Source: Candidatus Terrybacteria bacterium RIFCSPHIGHO2_01_FULL_48_17 (GTDB lineage Bacteria; Patescibacteriota; Minisyncoccia; Terrybacterales; 2-01-FULL-58-14). Taken from it: a stretch of DNA of 64,000 bases. The notes below the pieces were generated by a model, which saw only the letters and a list, made by a program, of their open reading frames with translations, was not told the origin of the DNA and did not search any database. The stretch spans positions 1,060 through 65,059 of the forward strand of contig MHSS01000002.1 of NCBI GenBank assembly GCA_001822835.1. The letters are read 5' to 3'. Positions 1 to 9,136 of the stretch are shown in pieces. Made by a program: the position numbers and the translations under genes. Each line of letters opens with the position of its first letter. The first letter of the stretch is position 1.

Positions 1-1430
1 GTATTGCGCAAGCACTCCGCTTTTCCACGAGTGGGAAAACACGGTCGCATCTTCTATCTCCGCGCGTTCCATAGGAGTAGCATAGGCATAGTAGTTGACA
101 AGTCCCAAGAGCACCCAGATTGCTCCGATAATTCCCGCTACTGGAGCCACATGGGTTACGAGTATTACGCCAAGCAGGCCAAGAAAGAAAATCGTGGCGA
201 TGGGCATGTAAGGGAACAATGGTGCGCGCCATGGTCGTGCAATGTGCGGTCGCCGTTTCCGTAGCGCAATAAACGTGACTGTCGCCTGTAAGAACAGTAA
301 TACAAACATGAGATCGGCCAGAGAGGCAATTTCTTCAAGCGAGAAGAAAAGCGCCAAGGCAATGATAAAGAGCGTTGAGAGGATAACGGCTCGGTGCGGT
401 GTGCGATTTTTTGAGTGGATGGCGGCAAGCCCTTGGAGTACGTGCCGCGCCCGTGCCATAGCAAGAACCACGTGGGAAGAGGAAAAAATTGTGGCATTCA
501 GCGCTGCAACGTTCACCAATAATCCCCCGATGATAATCACCAGCGCGCCGTAGGGAAAGAGCGCTGCGGCAGCCGCTGGAAGCGCTTCTGCGCCCTCCCT
601 GCCTATGGCTCCGGATACGTTTTCGCTATCAGAAAATCCGGTAATCAGGGCAAACGTAACGAGCAAATAGATGACCACGATAATCATGCGGGTGAGAAAA
701 AGGGCGCGAGGAAGGTCTCGCGAAGGATTTTGCATTTCTTCTGCTGCCTGCGTCTGTATTTCCGAGCCCTCAAACGCAATAAAAAAGAGCGACATTGCCG
801 CAAGAATTCCGATGATTCCGTTGGGAGCTGCGGGGGAAAGCTTCCCAAGATGCGCGGCAGGTGCCTGAAAGAATACAAGAAGCCCGGCGACCACAAAAAT
901 GCCGAGCACCACCAGCACGATTGCAGTTACCACGCCTCCTGCGGCGCTCAAGGCGCGCATGCCCTTCCAGTTGAAAAAACCGAATACTGCAATTATTCCC
1001 GCGGCTGCCGTAAGCTGTAGGAGGTGTTCATTGAATAGTATCGGAACGCGGATGAATTTCAAAAATGTTACGGCGTAAAATCCGAACGAAACGGCATACA
1101 ACCCGCATGCCGCGGCGTGCGCAAACCACGAAAGCCATCCTGCCATGAAGCCCTGTAGATCCCCGAGTCCTTCGCGCACCCAAATGTATCCGCCTCCGGC
1201 TTCTGGAAACGCGGTGCCAAGCTCTGCATATATTGCGACGATCCCTAGAAATCCTATCGAAAGCCCTGAAATTGCAAGAAGTGTGCCCCAGCCACCCCCT
1301 AGACCAATGGTTGCTCCAAGGAGAGTAAAAACTCCCCCTCCCAAAATGGCTCCCACGCCAAGGAAAATAACCCCGCCAGAGCCGAGTACTTTTTCAAGAC
1401 CGTGAGGAGTTTTGTGTGGAGATTGAATCA
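1..1430 (-). CDS. APC-family amino acid permease (C-terminus runs off the window start)
   Basis: Continuous reverse-strand ORF from ATG at 1430 to the window edge. About 12 hydrophobic segments; a GGGW/FPEAGG-type APC motif near the N-terminus. Missing from the ORF track because no stop codon lies inside the window. Confidence 0.7.
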
Positions 1431-1581
1431 TTTTCTTCCTTTAGAATCCTCCTTTTTTTTACTGTTGACAAGGCGTAGTGGTTAACGGTAGGGTTTAGCT
1501 ACGTGCTCCTTTTGTCGCAAGGAGCTTGTTTTAAAAGAGGCGGATTCTGGCGTAATGCATGGGATCGCCTCGCAAAGCTTT

Positions 1582-1698
1582 ATGGCATCTTGTCCATCAT
1601 GCGGTGCAGAAGACCAGAATCCGGGCGTCTGCACTTCCTGTGGGGAAGAGGTTCCTGCGGAATCGACCGACGAGGGATCTGAAGGTGGTACCGAGTAA
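1582..1698 (+). CDS. 38-aa mini zinc-ribbon protein (CPSCG...CTSCG)
   Basis: ATG..TAA ORF MASCPSCGAEDQNPGVCTSCGEEVPAESTDEGSEGGTE, with two CxxCG knuckles and an acidic tail. A clean terminator follows directly. No obvious SD. Confidence 0.3.
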   Translation: MASCPSCGAEDQNPGVCTSCGEEVPAESTDEGSEGGTE

Positions 1699-1736
1699 AG
1701 AACCCTTGCCACAGCGATTTTGTTTTGTCACAGAAG

Positions 1737-1763
1737 GCCGCTCTTTTGAGCGGCTTTTCTTTT
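1737..1763 (+). terminator. Rho-independent terminator
   Basis: gccgctc-tttt-gagcggc hairpin followed by ttttctttt. Confidence 0.6.
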
Positions 1764-1820
1764 GAGGCCGTTTTGTGTTAAGGTTGCCGTGTACATTGAC
1801 AAGGAGAAAAGGGGAAAAAG

Positions 1821-3353
1821 ATGCAGTGGGACACGATGACGCGCGAACAGTACGAGGCGCTGCAAGATCGTCAGCTAAAGCGCTTTATTGCCGAGGAAGT
1901 ATATCCGTTTCATCCCTACTACGGTGATTTATTCAGAAAGCATGGCATATTACCTAGGCACATTGGGTCGGTATCTGATCTCCGACATTTTTCTGAGCTC
2001 TTTACTACAAAGACAATCATTGCTGCGCAGCCAGAAGCATTTGTGGTGCAGCCAACCCCGAAACGCGTTTTTCTTTCTCCGCCACGAACAAGGCCGTTAG
2101 TACTTGTCGCGCGCGAGTTAGCGCGTGCGGGTATCGCAATTCCGAATCTTCTATTTGATCAGACCTTGAACCGGCTTCCTTCGCTGCTTTACCGTTTCGG
2201 ACGCGTACAGTTACCTCGGCCTCTTTCTGCAAAAGCTTTCCTTGAATATCGTTATGCCCCGCATTTTCCTACGGGAACAACCGGCCGTTCGACCGGTGGC
2301 GTGCCAACGGTATTCTGGTTTACCGGCGTTGACATGGCGCGTATGGCAAAATTGGGTTCTCGATATTTCTCTCTGCTTGGCATGGGAAACCTTCAGCCGC
2401 AAGAGAGGCGGTGCATCGATCTTTTCCCGGTTTCCATCCACCTTGCCGATCTTTTTTTGCGTGAGGTTTCGCGGGGGGTGCCGGCAATGGTATTTCCCAC
2501 GGGGGGTGGCAAGGGCATTGGTACCGAGCGAAGTTTGCGCGTGGCAGAGGCATCAGAGGCGCGCCTGCTCGCTGGCGTTCCCGATTACGTTGAGCGGTTT
2601 TTGGAATATGCGGTAGACGAAAAACGCAATCTTTCGCACGTCGAACGCGTGATACTTGGCGGTGATGCCGTAGGACCCAAACGTCGCGAAAGCATTATCG
2701 AGCTTCTTAGAAAATGTGGCGCCATGGATCCTGTTGTCATTGCCTCATACGGTTTTACGGAAGCCAAGATCGCATTTATTGAGTGCGTCGAAGGTGCGCG
2801 CGAGGGCGGAGTAGGATATCACGTATTCCCCGAACTTGGAGCCGTTGAAATTTTAGATCCCGACCCAAACAGTCGGGGAGAGGTGTGTTGGTCGACAATT
2901 GTCGGCGCCGGTACCGTGGTATTGCGTTACCGCACCGGAGATCACGCGGCATTTTCATGGGAGCCGTGCCCGGCATGCGGCCGTACCCTTCCCAGAATCG
3001 TGGGACCAATTACGCGAAAAACGTCCGACATGATAAAAAATATCGCCGGAACATTGGTTGACTTCAACCATGTCTGCGAAGTTTTTGAGAACGATGCGTC
3101 TGTTACCGAATGGCAGGTTGAAATTGTCGGGGACAAGAATGCCGGTGAACGTATAAATGTGTTTGTCGCCTTGCGCGAGGGAATAGATCAGGATGCCGTA
3201 TGTTGGCGCTTGGTGTCGGCCTTTAAAACCGCAGCTGATGGCCTTGCTCCGTACACAATCCGAGTGTTTTCACATGAGGAATTGGTTGTGCGGCTTGGCA
3301 TTGAAACGGAACTTAAAGCCCAGCGCATCAAAGACCTTCGAAAGGAGGCATAA
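1821..3353 (+). CDS. Adenylate-forming enzyme, PaaK / coenzyme F390 synthetase-like
   Basis: 510 aa. AMP-binding-type motifs (TGGTTGRSTGGVP..., FTEAK, TGD) and a C-terminal CPACGR zinc motif typical of PaaK/F390-synthetase-like ligases. AGGAG SD upstream. Confidence 0.6.
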   Translation: MQWDTMTREQYEALQDRQLKRFIAEEVYPFHPYYGDLFRKHGILPRHIGSVSDLRHFSELFTTKTIIAAQPEAFVVQPTPKRVFLSPPRTRPLVLVARELARAGIAIPNLLFDQTLNRLPSLLYRFGRVQLPRPLSAKAFLEYRYAPHFPTGTTGRSTGGVPTVFWFTGVDMARMAKLGSRYFSLLGMGNLQPQERRCIDLFPVSIHLADLFLREVSRGVPAMVFPTGGGKGIGTERSLRVAEASEARLLAGVPDYVERFLEYAVDEKRNLSHVERVILGGDAVGPKRRESIIELLRKCGAMDPVVIASYGFTEAKIAFIECVEGAREGGVGYHVFPELGAVEILDPDPNSRGEVCWSTIVGAGTVVLRYRTGDHAAFSWEPCPACGRTLPRIVGPITRKTSDMIKNIAGTLVDFNHVCEVFENDASVTEWQVEIVGDKNAGERINVFVALREGIDQDAVCWRLVSAFKTAADGLAPYTIRVFSHEELVVRLGIETELKAQRIKDLRKEA

Positions 3354-3355
3354 TT

Positions 3356-3901
3356 TTGGATGCGTTAATCGTTGGCGCGGCCTTTTTCCTCCCGGCTTTT
3401 TTTGCGAACATAGCAGCAATGGTTGTGGGTCGGGTTGCTAAAGAATTCGGACCTCCCTTTAACATAACCGTAGATAAGATTGTAACGCTCGGCAAAAGAG
3501 AATTGTTTGGGCCGAACAAAACCATGCTAGGATCCTTCGCCATGGTTCTTGCGGCGTTGGCTGCCGGCGAAAACCTCACGGCCTTGCATGAAAACTTTGG
3601 CATCGGCCCCAAGGTTTTTGATCCGGTCTGGCAACATGCGGTGCCGGTTTGGCTTTTGCTTGGGACGGGCGCCTGCCTTGGCGACCTCGCGGGCTCCTTG
3701 TGCAAGCGCGCGTTGCGCATTGCCGCAGGAAAGGATTTGTGGGTAGTAGATCAAATTGACTGGCTTTTGGGCGCCGTGGTACTCTTGTGGTTTTTTGACC
3801 TGCTCCCCGCGTGGAATCTAGTAGCATGGGGCTCTTTGGTTTTGGTTTCCGCGCGTTTCGTGTTAGAAATCCCGAGAAAAATAATATTCCCTTCGGCATA
3901 G
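3356..3901 (+). CDS. CDP-archaeol synthase-like membrane protein (CarS/DUF46 family)
   Basis: 181 aa, 5 TM segments. Alignment-by-eye to CarS: FLPAFFANxAAxVVG...DGKxxLGxNKTxxG...GDLAGSLCKRxL...VVDQIDWLL. TTG start 2 nt after the upstream stop, SD inside the upstream gene (coupled). Confidence 0.5.
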   Translation: MDALIVGAAFFLPAFFANIAAMVVGRVAKEFGPPFNITVDKIVTLGKRELFGPNKTMLGSFAMVLAALAAGENLTALHENFGIGPKVFDPVWQHAVPVWLLLGTGACLGDLAGSLCKRALRIAAGKDLWVVDQIDWLLGAVVLLWFFDLLPAWNLVAWGSLVLVSARFVLEIPRKIIFPSA

Positions 3902-3977
3902 CCGGAGGGATTGATTTTTTGGAGACCTTGCGTTATGCTTGGTACGGAATTGTTGAAAACAGAACAAGGAGGAAAAG

Positions 3978-4424
3978 ATGAACGTTGTTATGCCTCACCT
4001 GCCCGGGACGCGACACACACTATTCAACAAGAGAGGGGAAACTCTTTCTCTGCCCGAGCCGCGAAGAGAGATTTTTCCTAGCCCCGGACCGATGCGCGTT
4101 CCCGAACTTGGATGTAGTCACGAGTACTTAATGGTCTATTTGTGTCCCGGCACTTATTATCTGCTACGCATATCAGATGCGGGCGTAAGCGTTCGTTGCT
4201 ATGTGATCACCGATGAATACCCCGTAAGCGCGCGCGAAACGCTTGAAACCGACATTCCCACCGACTTTCTTTTCGGGAGATACAGCGCCGATGAAATACG
4301 CGATATTTTTCAGCGCGAAATAAAAAGGCATTCTAAAAATCGCAAAAAAGATCACCTTTGCTATCCGTCCCAGCTTGTGGACGCCATTGTTGACGCGGTA
4401 GCAAAAGCAAAGCAGAGGGCATAG
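3978..4424 (+). CDS. hypothetical protein
   Basis: 148 aa ORF with AAGGAGG SD 6 nt upstream. No recognisable motifs. Confidence 0.5.
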   Translation: MNVVMPHLPGTRHTLFNKRGETLSLPEPRREIFPSPGPMRVPELGCSHEYLMVYLCPGTYYLLRISDAGVSVRCYVITDEYPVSARETLETDIPTDFLFGRYSADEIRDIFQREIKRHSKNRKKDHLCYPSQLVDAIVDAVAKAKQRA

Positions 4425-4451
4425 CCTGCAAACACGTCCTTAAAACCATTG

Positions 4452-4479
4452 ATCCCGCCTAACGGCGGGATTGCTTTTT
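4452..4479 (+). terminator. Rho-independent terminator
   Basis: atcccgcc-taac-ggcgggat stem-loop then tgcttttt. Confidence 0.6.
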
Positions 4480-4557
4480 GGGGTAGCGGATTTTAGGGTA
4501 AGTAATATGGGGATATAGTAAAATGGTATTACGCGGCATTTGTCCCGCCGTATTTCT

Positions 4558-4629
4558 GGGGGTGTAGCTCAGTGGTAGAGCACTGCATTCGCATTGCAGG
4601 GGTCAGGGGTTCGAATCCCCTCACCTCCA
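4558..4629 (+). tRNA. tRNA-Ala (anticodon CGC)
   Basis: Cloverleaf folded by hand: 7-bp acceptor stem with the G3:U70 Ala identity pair, D-arm gctc/gagc, anticodon loop ttCGCat, T-arm agggg-ttcgaat-cccct, discriminator A. CCA not encoded. Confidence 0.85.
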
Positions 4630-4820
4630 CTCGTCCCCAGAAATATTACGGGATTGCGTTTCGTTTCTACTCGCCATGCTCGCAGACGAAACGGGAACAT
4701 TGCCGAGGTTCGGGTTTTCCCTGTTTGTCCAAGAGCGTAGCGATTGGAAACAAACAGCAATCCCGCATTCTTCAATCGAGTGCGGGACTATTCCCGGTAT
4801 CTCCATTCATTAAAAGACAC

Positions 4821-4845
4821 ACCCGCAGCTTGCTGCGGGTTTATT
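4821..4845. terminator. Bidirectional hairpin terminator
   Basis: acccgcag-cttg-ctgcgggt followed by ttatt. Sits at the 3' end of the convergent minus-strand ORF. Confidence 0.5.
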
Positions 4846-5113
4846 AATTGCCGTGGTTATGGTCGCGTACTCGTATTTCTGCCCAGCAAGCAACGAGGAT
4901 CGAAACGGCTGGGGCAAGGGTTGCAACGATTATAGCGCCAACAAAAATCAACAGCATGGGTGGGCCGTACCAACGCATAAGAAATAACGAAGGGGAAATG
5001 CTTGCGAGAAACACAATCCACCATGCCCGGAGCATCTTTTCGTAAAGCTCGACGGTCATTCGCGGCAAAAACCAAAATGCAAATTTGGTTGGCAAGCCCA
5101 TGCGATGTTCCAT
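4844..5113 (-). CDS. small membrane protein, hypothetical
   Basis: 89 aa from ATG (MEHRMGLP...) with an AAAGGA SD. Two predicted TM helices. An upstream TTG would extend the ORF to 5131. Confidence 0.35.
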   Translation of the reverse strand: MEHRMGLPTKFAFWFLPRMTVELYEKMLRAWWIVFLASISPSLFLMRWYGPPMLLIFVGAIIVATLAPAVSILVACWAEIRVRDHNHGN

Positions 5114-5289
5114 TTTTGCTTTTCCTTTCAAGTTTCTACGTAGGGCGAGAATACTAGATATGTATTAAAAAATCAAGACACACCGTGCGCGGGGCGCCCT
5201 TATTCGAGTAATTCGGGTGAGATTTGGGTATTAGTGTCGCTTCTGTAAGAATTTGACGCACGGCTCGTCTTCATAGTAAAGAGGGTACA

Positions 5290-5793
5290 ATGTCTATACA
5301 TGAGCGTGAGTTTCTTAACGCCTACGACCAGTATGCCGACGCCTTGTTCCGGCATTGCTATTTCCGTATTCACGACAGAGAGCGCGCAAAAGACCTTGTG
5401 CAAGAGACGTTTACAAAAACATGGGAATACTTGGTAGACGGCAAGGAGGTAAAGAATATGCGGGCTTTTTTGTATCGTGTTGCCACTAACCTTGTTATCG
5501 ATGAAGCGCGCAAGAAAAAGCCCATATCCCTTGATTTGTTGCAGGAAGAGAAGGGATTTGATCCAGGACACGATCCGCTCGAACGCACACAACACATGAT
5601 TGATGCCAAAACCATTGTATCTTATCTTTCCCGGCTCGATCCGCACCATAAGGAAGTCGTGGTGATGCGCTACATCGATGGCTTGGGCCCAAAGGAAATT
5701 GCAAAAATTCTTGGCGAAACAGAAAACACCGTTTCTGTGCGCCTGCACCGCGCCATACAACGTTTACGTTCCCTTGTTACCGCATATGAGTAA
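5290..5793 (+). CDS. RNA polymerase sigma-70 factor, ECF subfamily
   Basis: 167 aa. A region-2-like segment (DLVQETFTKTWEY) and a region-4 HTH (LGPKEIAKILGETENTVSVRLHRAIQRLR). Confidence 0.85.
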   Translation: MSIHEREFLNAYDQYADALFRHCYFRIHDRERAKDLVQETFTKTWEYLVDGKEVKNMRAFLYRVATNLVIDEARKKKPISLDLLQEEKGFDPGHDPLERTQHMIDAKTIVSYLSRLDPHHKEVVVMRYIDGLGPKEIAKILGETENTVSVRLHRAIQRLRSLVTAYE

Positions 5794-6904
5794 CCGCAAC
5801 CCCATCTTTCAAGAAGCACAAAAGGTCCGCCTTTCTGAAGCGGAACATGCTGCTATGCGCAGTAAGCTTATTGCGTTTATAAAAACCCACCCGGTAAGAG
5901 ATATGGCACCGCGACGTCCTTTATGGCAAAGGTCACCATTTTATCTTTTTAACGTAAAACCACAATTTGTTATGCCATTTATTCTTGCGTTCGTTATTTT
6001 GTTTGCAGTTGGCGGCGGGGCGTCTTTTGCCGCGGAAAATTCCCTCCCAGGGGAAATGCTCTATCCCGTAAAGGTCAACATTAACGAGGAAGTGCACGCC
6101 GCATTCGCATTCTCCCAAGAAGCAAAGATCGAATGGGAGGCAGAGCGCGCTGCGAGGCGGCTTAACGAAGCCGAGCAATTAGCGCAACGTGGCGAATTTG
6201 ACGCCGAGGTATTTGCGCAAATTGAACAACGTTTCGCTGTCCATGCCGAGCGTGTGCGCTTTCGTATTGAAGCGATGGGCTCGCGCGGAGAAACGGGGGT
6301 TGCGGCGCAATGGAGTTCACATTTTGAGGTATCGCTTCAGGCACACGAGCGGATTTTGAGCCGCCTTGCTGGCGAGGAGACAAGCGATCTATTGGTGTCG
6401 GTACGCGAAAACAAAGAAACGGCATCTTCGCAGCGTGAAGAGTTGGAAGAAGGGATTGCGGAAAATCCTCAAGTTCAGGCAGCAGCAGAAGGACGTTTGG
6501 GCGCTATCGAAAATAAAATTGCAGAAGCTCGTAAGTTCCTTGAGCGCCAAAGTGGGCGTCTTGGCGAAGGAGTAACGGCTGATGCCCAAGCACGCCTTCA
6601 GGTTGCAGAAGATGCTATTGCAGAAGGGAAGACAAAGATGGATGCCGGAGAGTTTGCCGAAGCATTTCGGCTGTTTCAAAAAGCGCACCGCATTGCCCAA
6701 GAGGCCCAGCTTTTAGCGGCAGCGATGGTTCGGCTTGATTTGGATATCGACCTTGGTAGCGATCAAGAAGAGGCGGAAGAGGAAGGAGAAGAACAGGACG
6801 ACGCCGACGAATCTAAGGAAGAATCAGGGGACGAAAACGAAGCACAGGATCTCCGGTTTGAAACAAACGGCAACGCACATTTGCGTTTTGAGATCGGCCG
6901 CTAG
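5786..6904 (+). CDS. putative membrane-anchored anti-sigma factor (DUF5667-like coiled-coil, acidic C-terminus)
   Basis: ATG overlaps the sigma-factor stop (ATGAGTAA, 8-nt overlap). Single TM (FILAFVILFAVGGG), a long Ala/Glu/Gln-rich coiled-coil region and an ~40-aa Asp/Glu-rich tail. The track's longer ORF (5678) is an upstream extension inside the sigma gene. Confidence 0.55.
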   Translation: MSNRNPIFQEAQKVRLSEAEHAAMRSKLIAFIKTHPVRDMAPRRPLWQRSPFYLFNVKPQFVMPFILAFVILFAVGGGASFAAENSLPGEMLYPVKVNINEEVHAAFAFSQEAKIEWEAERAARRLNEAEQLAQRGEFDAEVFAQIEQRFAVHAERVRFRIEAMGSRGETGVAAQWSSHFEVSLQAHERILSRLAGEETSDLLVSVRENKETASSQREELEEGIAENPQVQAAAEGRLGAIENKIAEARKFLERQSGRLGEGVTADAQARLQVAEDAIAEGKTKMDAGEFAEAFRLFQKAHRIAQEAQLLAAAMVRLDLDIDLGSDQEEAEEEGEEQDDADESKEESGDENEAQDLRFETNGNAHLRFEIGR

Positions 6905-6933
6905 GCTAGGGTTGCATAGAATTAGCAAGCAAA

Positions 6934-6962
6934 AGCGCCCCGTACTGCGGGGCGCTTTTTTA
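6934..6962. terminator. Bidirectional Rho-independent terminator between convergent genes
   Basis: agcgccccg-tact-gcggggcgct, with tttttt on the plus strand and an A-tract on the other side. Confidence 0.7.
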
Positions 6963-7592
6963 TCCAAATACTACGTCCACGAATGATTCCTTTGGATGCG
7001 TTGCGCGGTCGTAAAGAAAAAGATCCCACAAAAGATGGTTGCGGCGAGGTTCTTTTTGGATCTCCCGCCAGTTTGTTTGTACGCGCCGTAGATAAACGCA
7101 TGCGATCATTACAAGGTTTGCAGTAATGGCCCCGGGATAAATGACCCACCCCGTGAGAGCGCTTAAACCAAGCATAAAAAAAGGAGCGGCACCCGATGCC
7201 CGATATATAAAGAACGTGAGAAGCGGCACTGCCCCGACAACAATCGCAAGGGGAGAAAGCCAGGAAGCAGCGCCTATTGCGGCCGCAACTCCTCTTCCTC
7301 CGCTGAATTTAAAAAAGATAGGCCAATTGTGTCCTACAACGACTGCGGCAACCGGCAAGACGGGCATGCCGATGGAAGTACCCCACCACGCGGCAGACAC
7401 TCCTTTTATAAAATCAATAGCTCCTATAATAAAGCCCTCTTTTTTCCCAATCGAATGCCACGCGTTTGTTGCGCCCGCATTTTTTGTTCCGACTGCGCGT
7501 ATATCAATCCCGCGCAACCATCCAACGATGATTGCGGTGTTCAGCGATCCCAAAAGATAGCAGATAAGAGAAGCCGTGATGGTTGCAACCAT
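6960..7592 (-). CDS. plsY: Glycerol-3-phosphate acyltransferase PlsY
   Basis: 210 aa polytopic membrane protein. Carries the PlsY signature GTKNAGATN...FKGGRGVA. Confidence 0.85.
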   Translation of the reverse strand: MVATITASLICYLLGSLNTAIIVGWLRGIDIRAVGTKNAGATNAWHSIGKKEGFIIGAIDFIKGVSAAWWGTSIGMPVLPVAAVVVGHNWPIFFKFSGGRGVAAAIGAASWLSPLAIVVGAVPLLTFFIYRASGAAPFFMLGLSALTGWVIYPGAITANLVMIACVYLRRVQTNWREIQKEPRRNHLLWDLFLYDRATHPKESFVDVVFG

Positions 7593-7609
7593 AGCGATGC
7601 ACTCAGTGT

Positions 7610-7636
7610 ATCATAAAAGCCCCGAAAGGGGCTTTA
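7610..7636 (-). terminator. Terminator of rpsT
   Basis: aaagcccc-tttc-ggggcttt hairpin followed by TTTTAT on the minus strand. Confidence 0.5.
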
Positions 7637-7657
7637 TGATGTTTCATGTCGCATCTT

Positions 7658-7921
7658 TTACTTTGTAGTGCGAAGCGATTTCGTCAGTCGTGATTTTAAC
7701 CGCGCTGCGGTATTTTGTTTAATAACCCCGCGCTTAGCCGCTTTATCGAATGCCTTGTACGCTTTGGGCAGCAATGCCTCTGCCTCTTTTTTCTTGCCTT
7801 GGCTAACCAGCTTTCGTATTTCAATACGAACATCGCGCACAGCTTTTTTGCGCGTAAGATTTCTTGTGCGCCGCCGCACTGATTGCCTTAACGCTTTTTT
7901 TGCGGATTTGAGTAGTGGCAT
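7658..7921 (-). CDS. rpsT: 30S ribosomal protein S20
   Basis: MPLLKSAKKALRQSVRRRTRN... is a typical S20 N-terminus. Basic helical protein of 87 aa from the internal ATG (the ORF track extends it 7 aa upstream). Confidence 0.85.
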   Translation of the reverse strand: MPLLKSAKKALRQSVRRRTRNLTRKKAVRDVRIEIRKLVSQGKKKEAEALLPKAYKAFDKAAKRGVIKQNTAARLKSRLTKSLRTTK

Positions 7922-8052
7922 GCCAATTTTGCCTGTGGGCATCGGCGAACAGCTGCAAAATTGAGCATCTCGCCGAAGCGTAGCGAAGGCGGATTACCTG
8001 TAAAAACAGGGTACAGCAAATAGGGTACAGGGGACAGAATGATTGTGCAACG

Positions 8053-8079
8053 TTGACAATTTTTGTATACTGTGATATT
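8053..8079 (+). promoter_or_regulatory. candidate sigma-70 promoter for the 8159 gene
   Basis: TTGACA, then 15 nt, then tgtGATATT (extended -10-like). About 80 nt upstream of the start. Confidence 0.3.
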
Positions 8080-8158
8080 GTTGCGGCGATCGGGGAAACG
8101 CTGCGTCCTTCACCGCACGCGCCCGCCATAGGCGGGCCACGCAAAAGAGGAAAAGAAC

Positions 8159-8659
8159 ATGCAGCTTGAATTGGACTTTCAAAAAACACTGCGCCGCTCG
8201 CGCGACGCGCTCAATAAACTCAAAGAAGGCAATTCGGACGACGTAGAAACGCTCCGTCATATTGCAGAGGCGCTAAGGGTGCCGGTGGCCGAGGAAATTC
8301 CGGAGCAAGAGATTCGCATTGCTGAGGCATGCGAAAAGATTATGCAAATAAATCCTGCGCTTCCAGGAACCGTCACAGATATCCTACAACCCATTATTAA
8401 TCAGCTTCCCCGTCGGTTCGAGGTTTGGGAGGTGCGTGATGACATTGGGGTGGTCGGACGAGAATTCTTGGATCACGCAGCGGCTCATGCTTATGCCGGC
8501 GGATGGCGTTCGCGCTACACAACCATTACAAGCAAACGGCTTAACGTACTTGAAATGCGACGCCTCCTAGCCCACACGAATCCCGCATTTCTTTTCTCGG
8601 GCGAGCGCAAGATGCTTCCAAGGATTAAACGACTTCTTTACCTGCCGCCTAGGAACTAA
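8159..8659 (+). CDS. hypothetical protein
   Basis: 166 aa ORF. AAGAGGAAAAG SD upstream, a terminator downstream. Confidence 0.55.
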   Translation: MQLELDFQKTLRRSRDALNKLKEGNSDDVETLRHIAEALRVPVAEEIPEQEIRIAEACEKIMQINPALPGTVTDILQPIINQLPRRFEVWEVRDDIGVVGREFLDHAAAHAYAGGWRSRYTTITSKRLNVLEMRRLLAHTNPAFLFSGERKMLPRIKRLLYLPPRN

Positions 8660-8687
8660 AAACCCGATCACAGGACGCAGCCAATTT

Positions 8688-8720
8688 GCGGCTCCGCATA
8701 AGCGGAGCCGTCTTCTTTTT
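8688..8720 (+). terminator. Rho-independent terminator
   Basis: gcggctccgc-ataa-gcggagccg then tcttcttttt. A second perfect 11-bp palindrome (ctatggggatc g gatccccatag) follows at 8728-8750. Confidence 0.65.
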
Positions 8721-8811
8721 GATAATCAACTATGGGGATCGGATCCCCATAGTTCGATCCGCTGCTGTTTTATGCGTTTCCAGAAAAAAAACTTGGCGAT
8801 TCGCCAAGTTA

Positions 8812-9093
8812 TCAAATAAGATCATTCAGATGAACACAGCCACGATTATTTGGCGTAAGTTCACAGTTGGGGCAATAGGGAATACCGACCTGTTTTACCT
8901 TTCCGCTACCTGCGCAATTGGAAAAGAGCGTAGTATGCAGCGAGATGTACGCATGTACTTCTTGTACTTCTGCACCGCAATTTTTGCATACAAAAACCTC
9001 TCCCGTTTTCGTATAATATGCCTCTGCGTGTTGAGAGATCAGCCGATCCAGTTCTTCAAGGGAATCAATACGGAACTGGGTTGGTGTTTGCAT
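8812..9093 (-). CDS. zinc-ribbon protein, hypothetical
   Basis: 93 aa from ATG (MQTPTQF...) with a GGAGGG SD 6 nt upstream. Has CKNCG...C..GSG...CPNC cysteine pairs. Confidence 0.5.
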   Translation of the reverse strand: MQTPTQFRIDSLEELDRLISQHAEAYYTKTGEVFVCKNCGAEVQEVHAYISLHTTLFSNCAGSGKVKQVGIPYCPNCELTPNNRGCVHLNDLI

Positions 9094-9136
9094 TAACACC
9101 CTCCAATTTTCAAGCTAGCCGATTTCATTTTAACGA

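Noticed and set aside
5678-5785. Upstream extension of the anti-sigma ORF (track start 5678)
   Set aside because: It overlaps the 3' third of the sigma-factor gene in another frame. The ATG at 5786, overlapping the sigma stop, gives a normal coupled arrangement.
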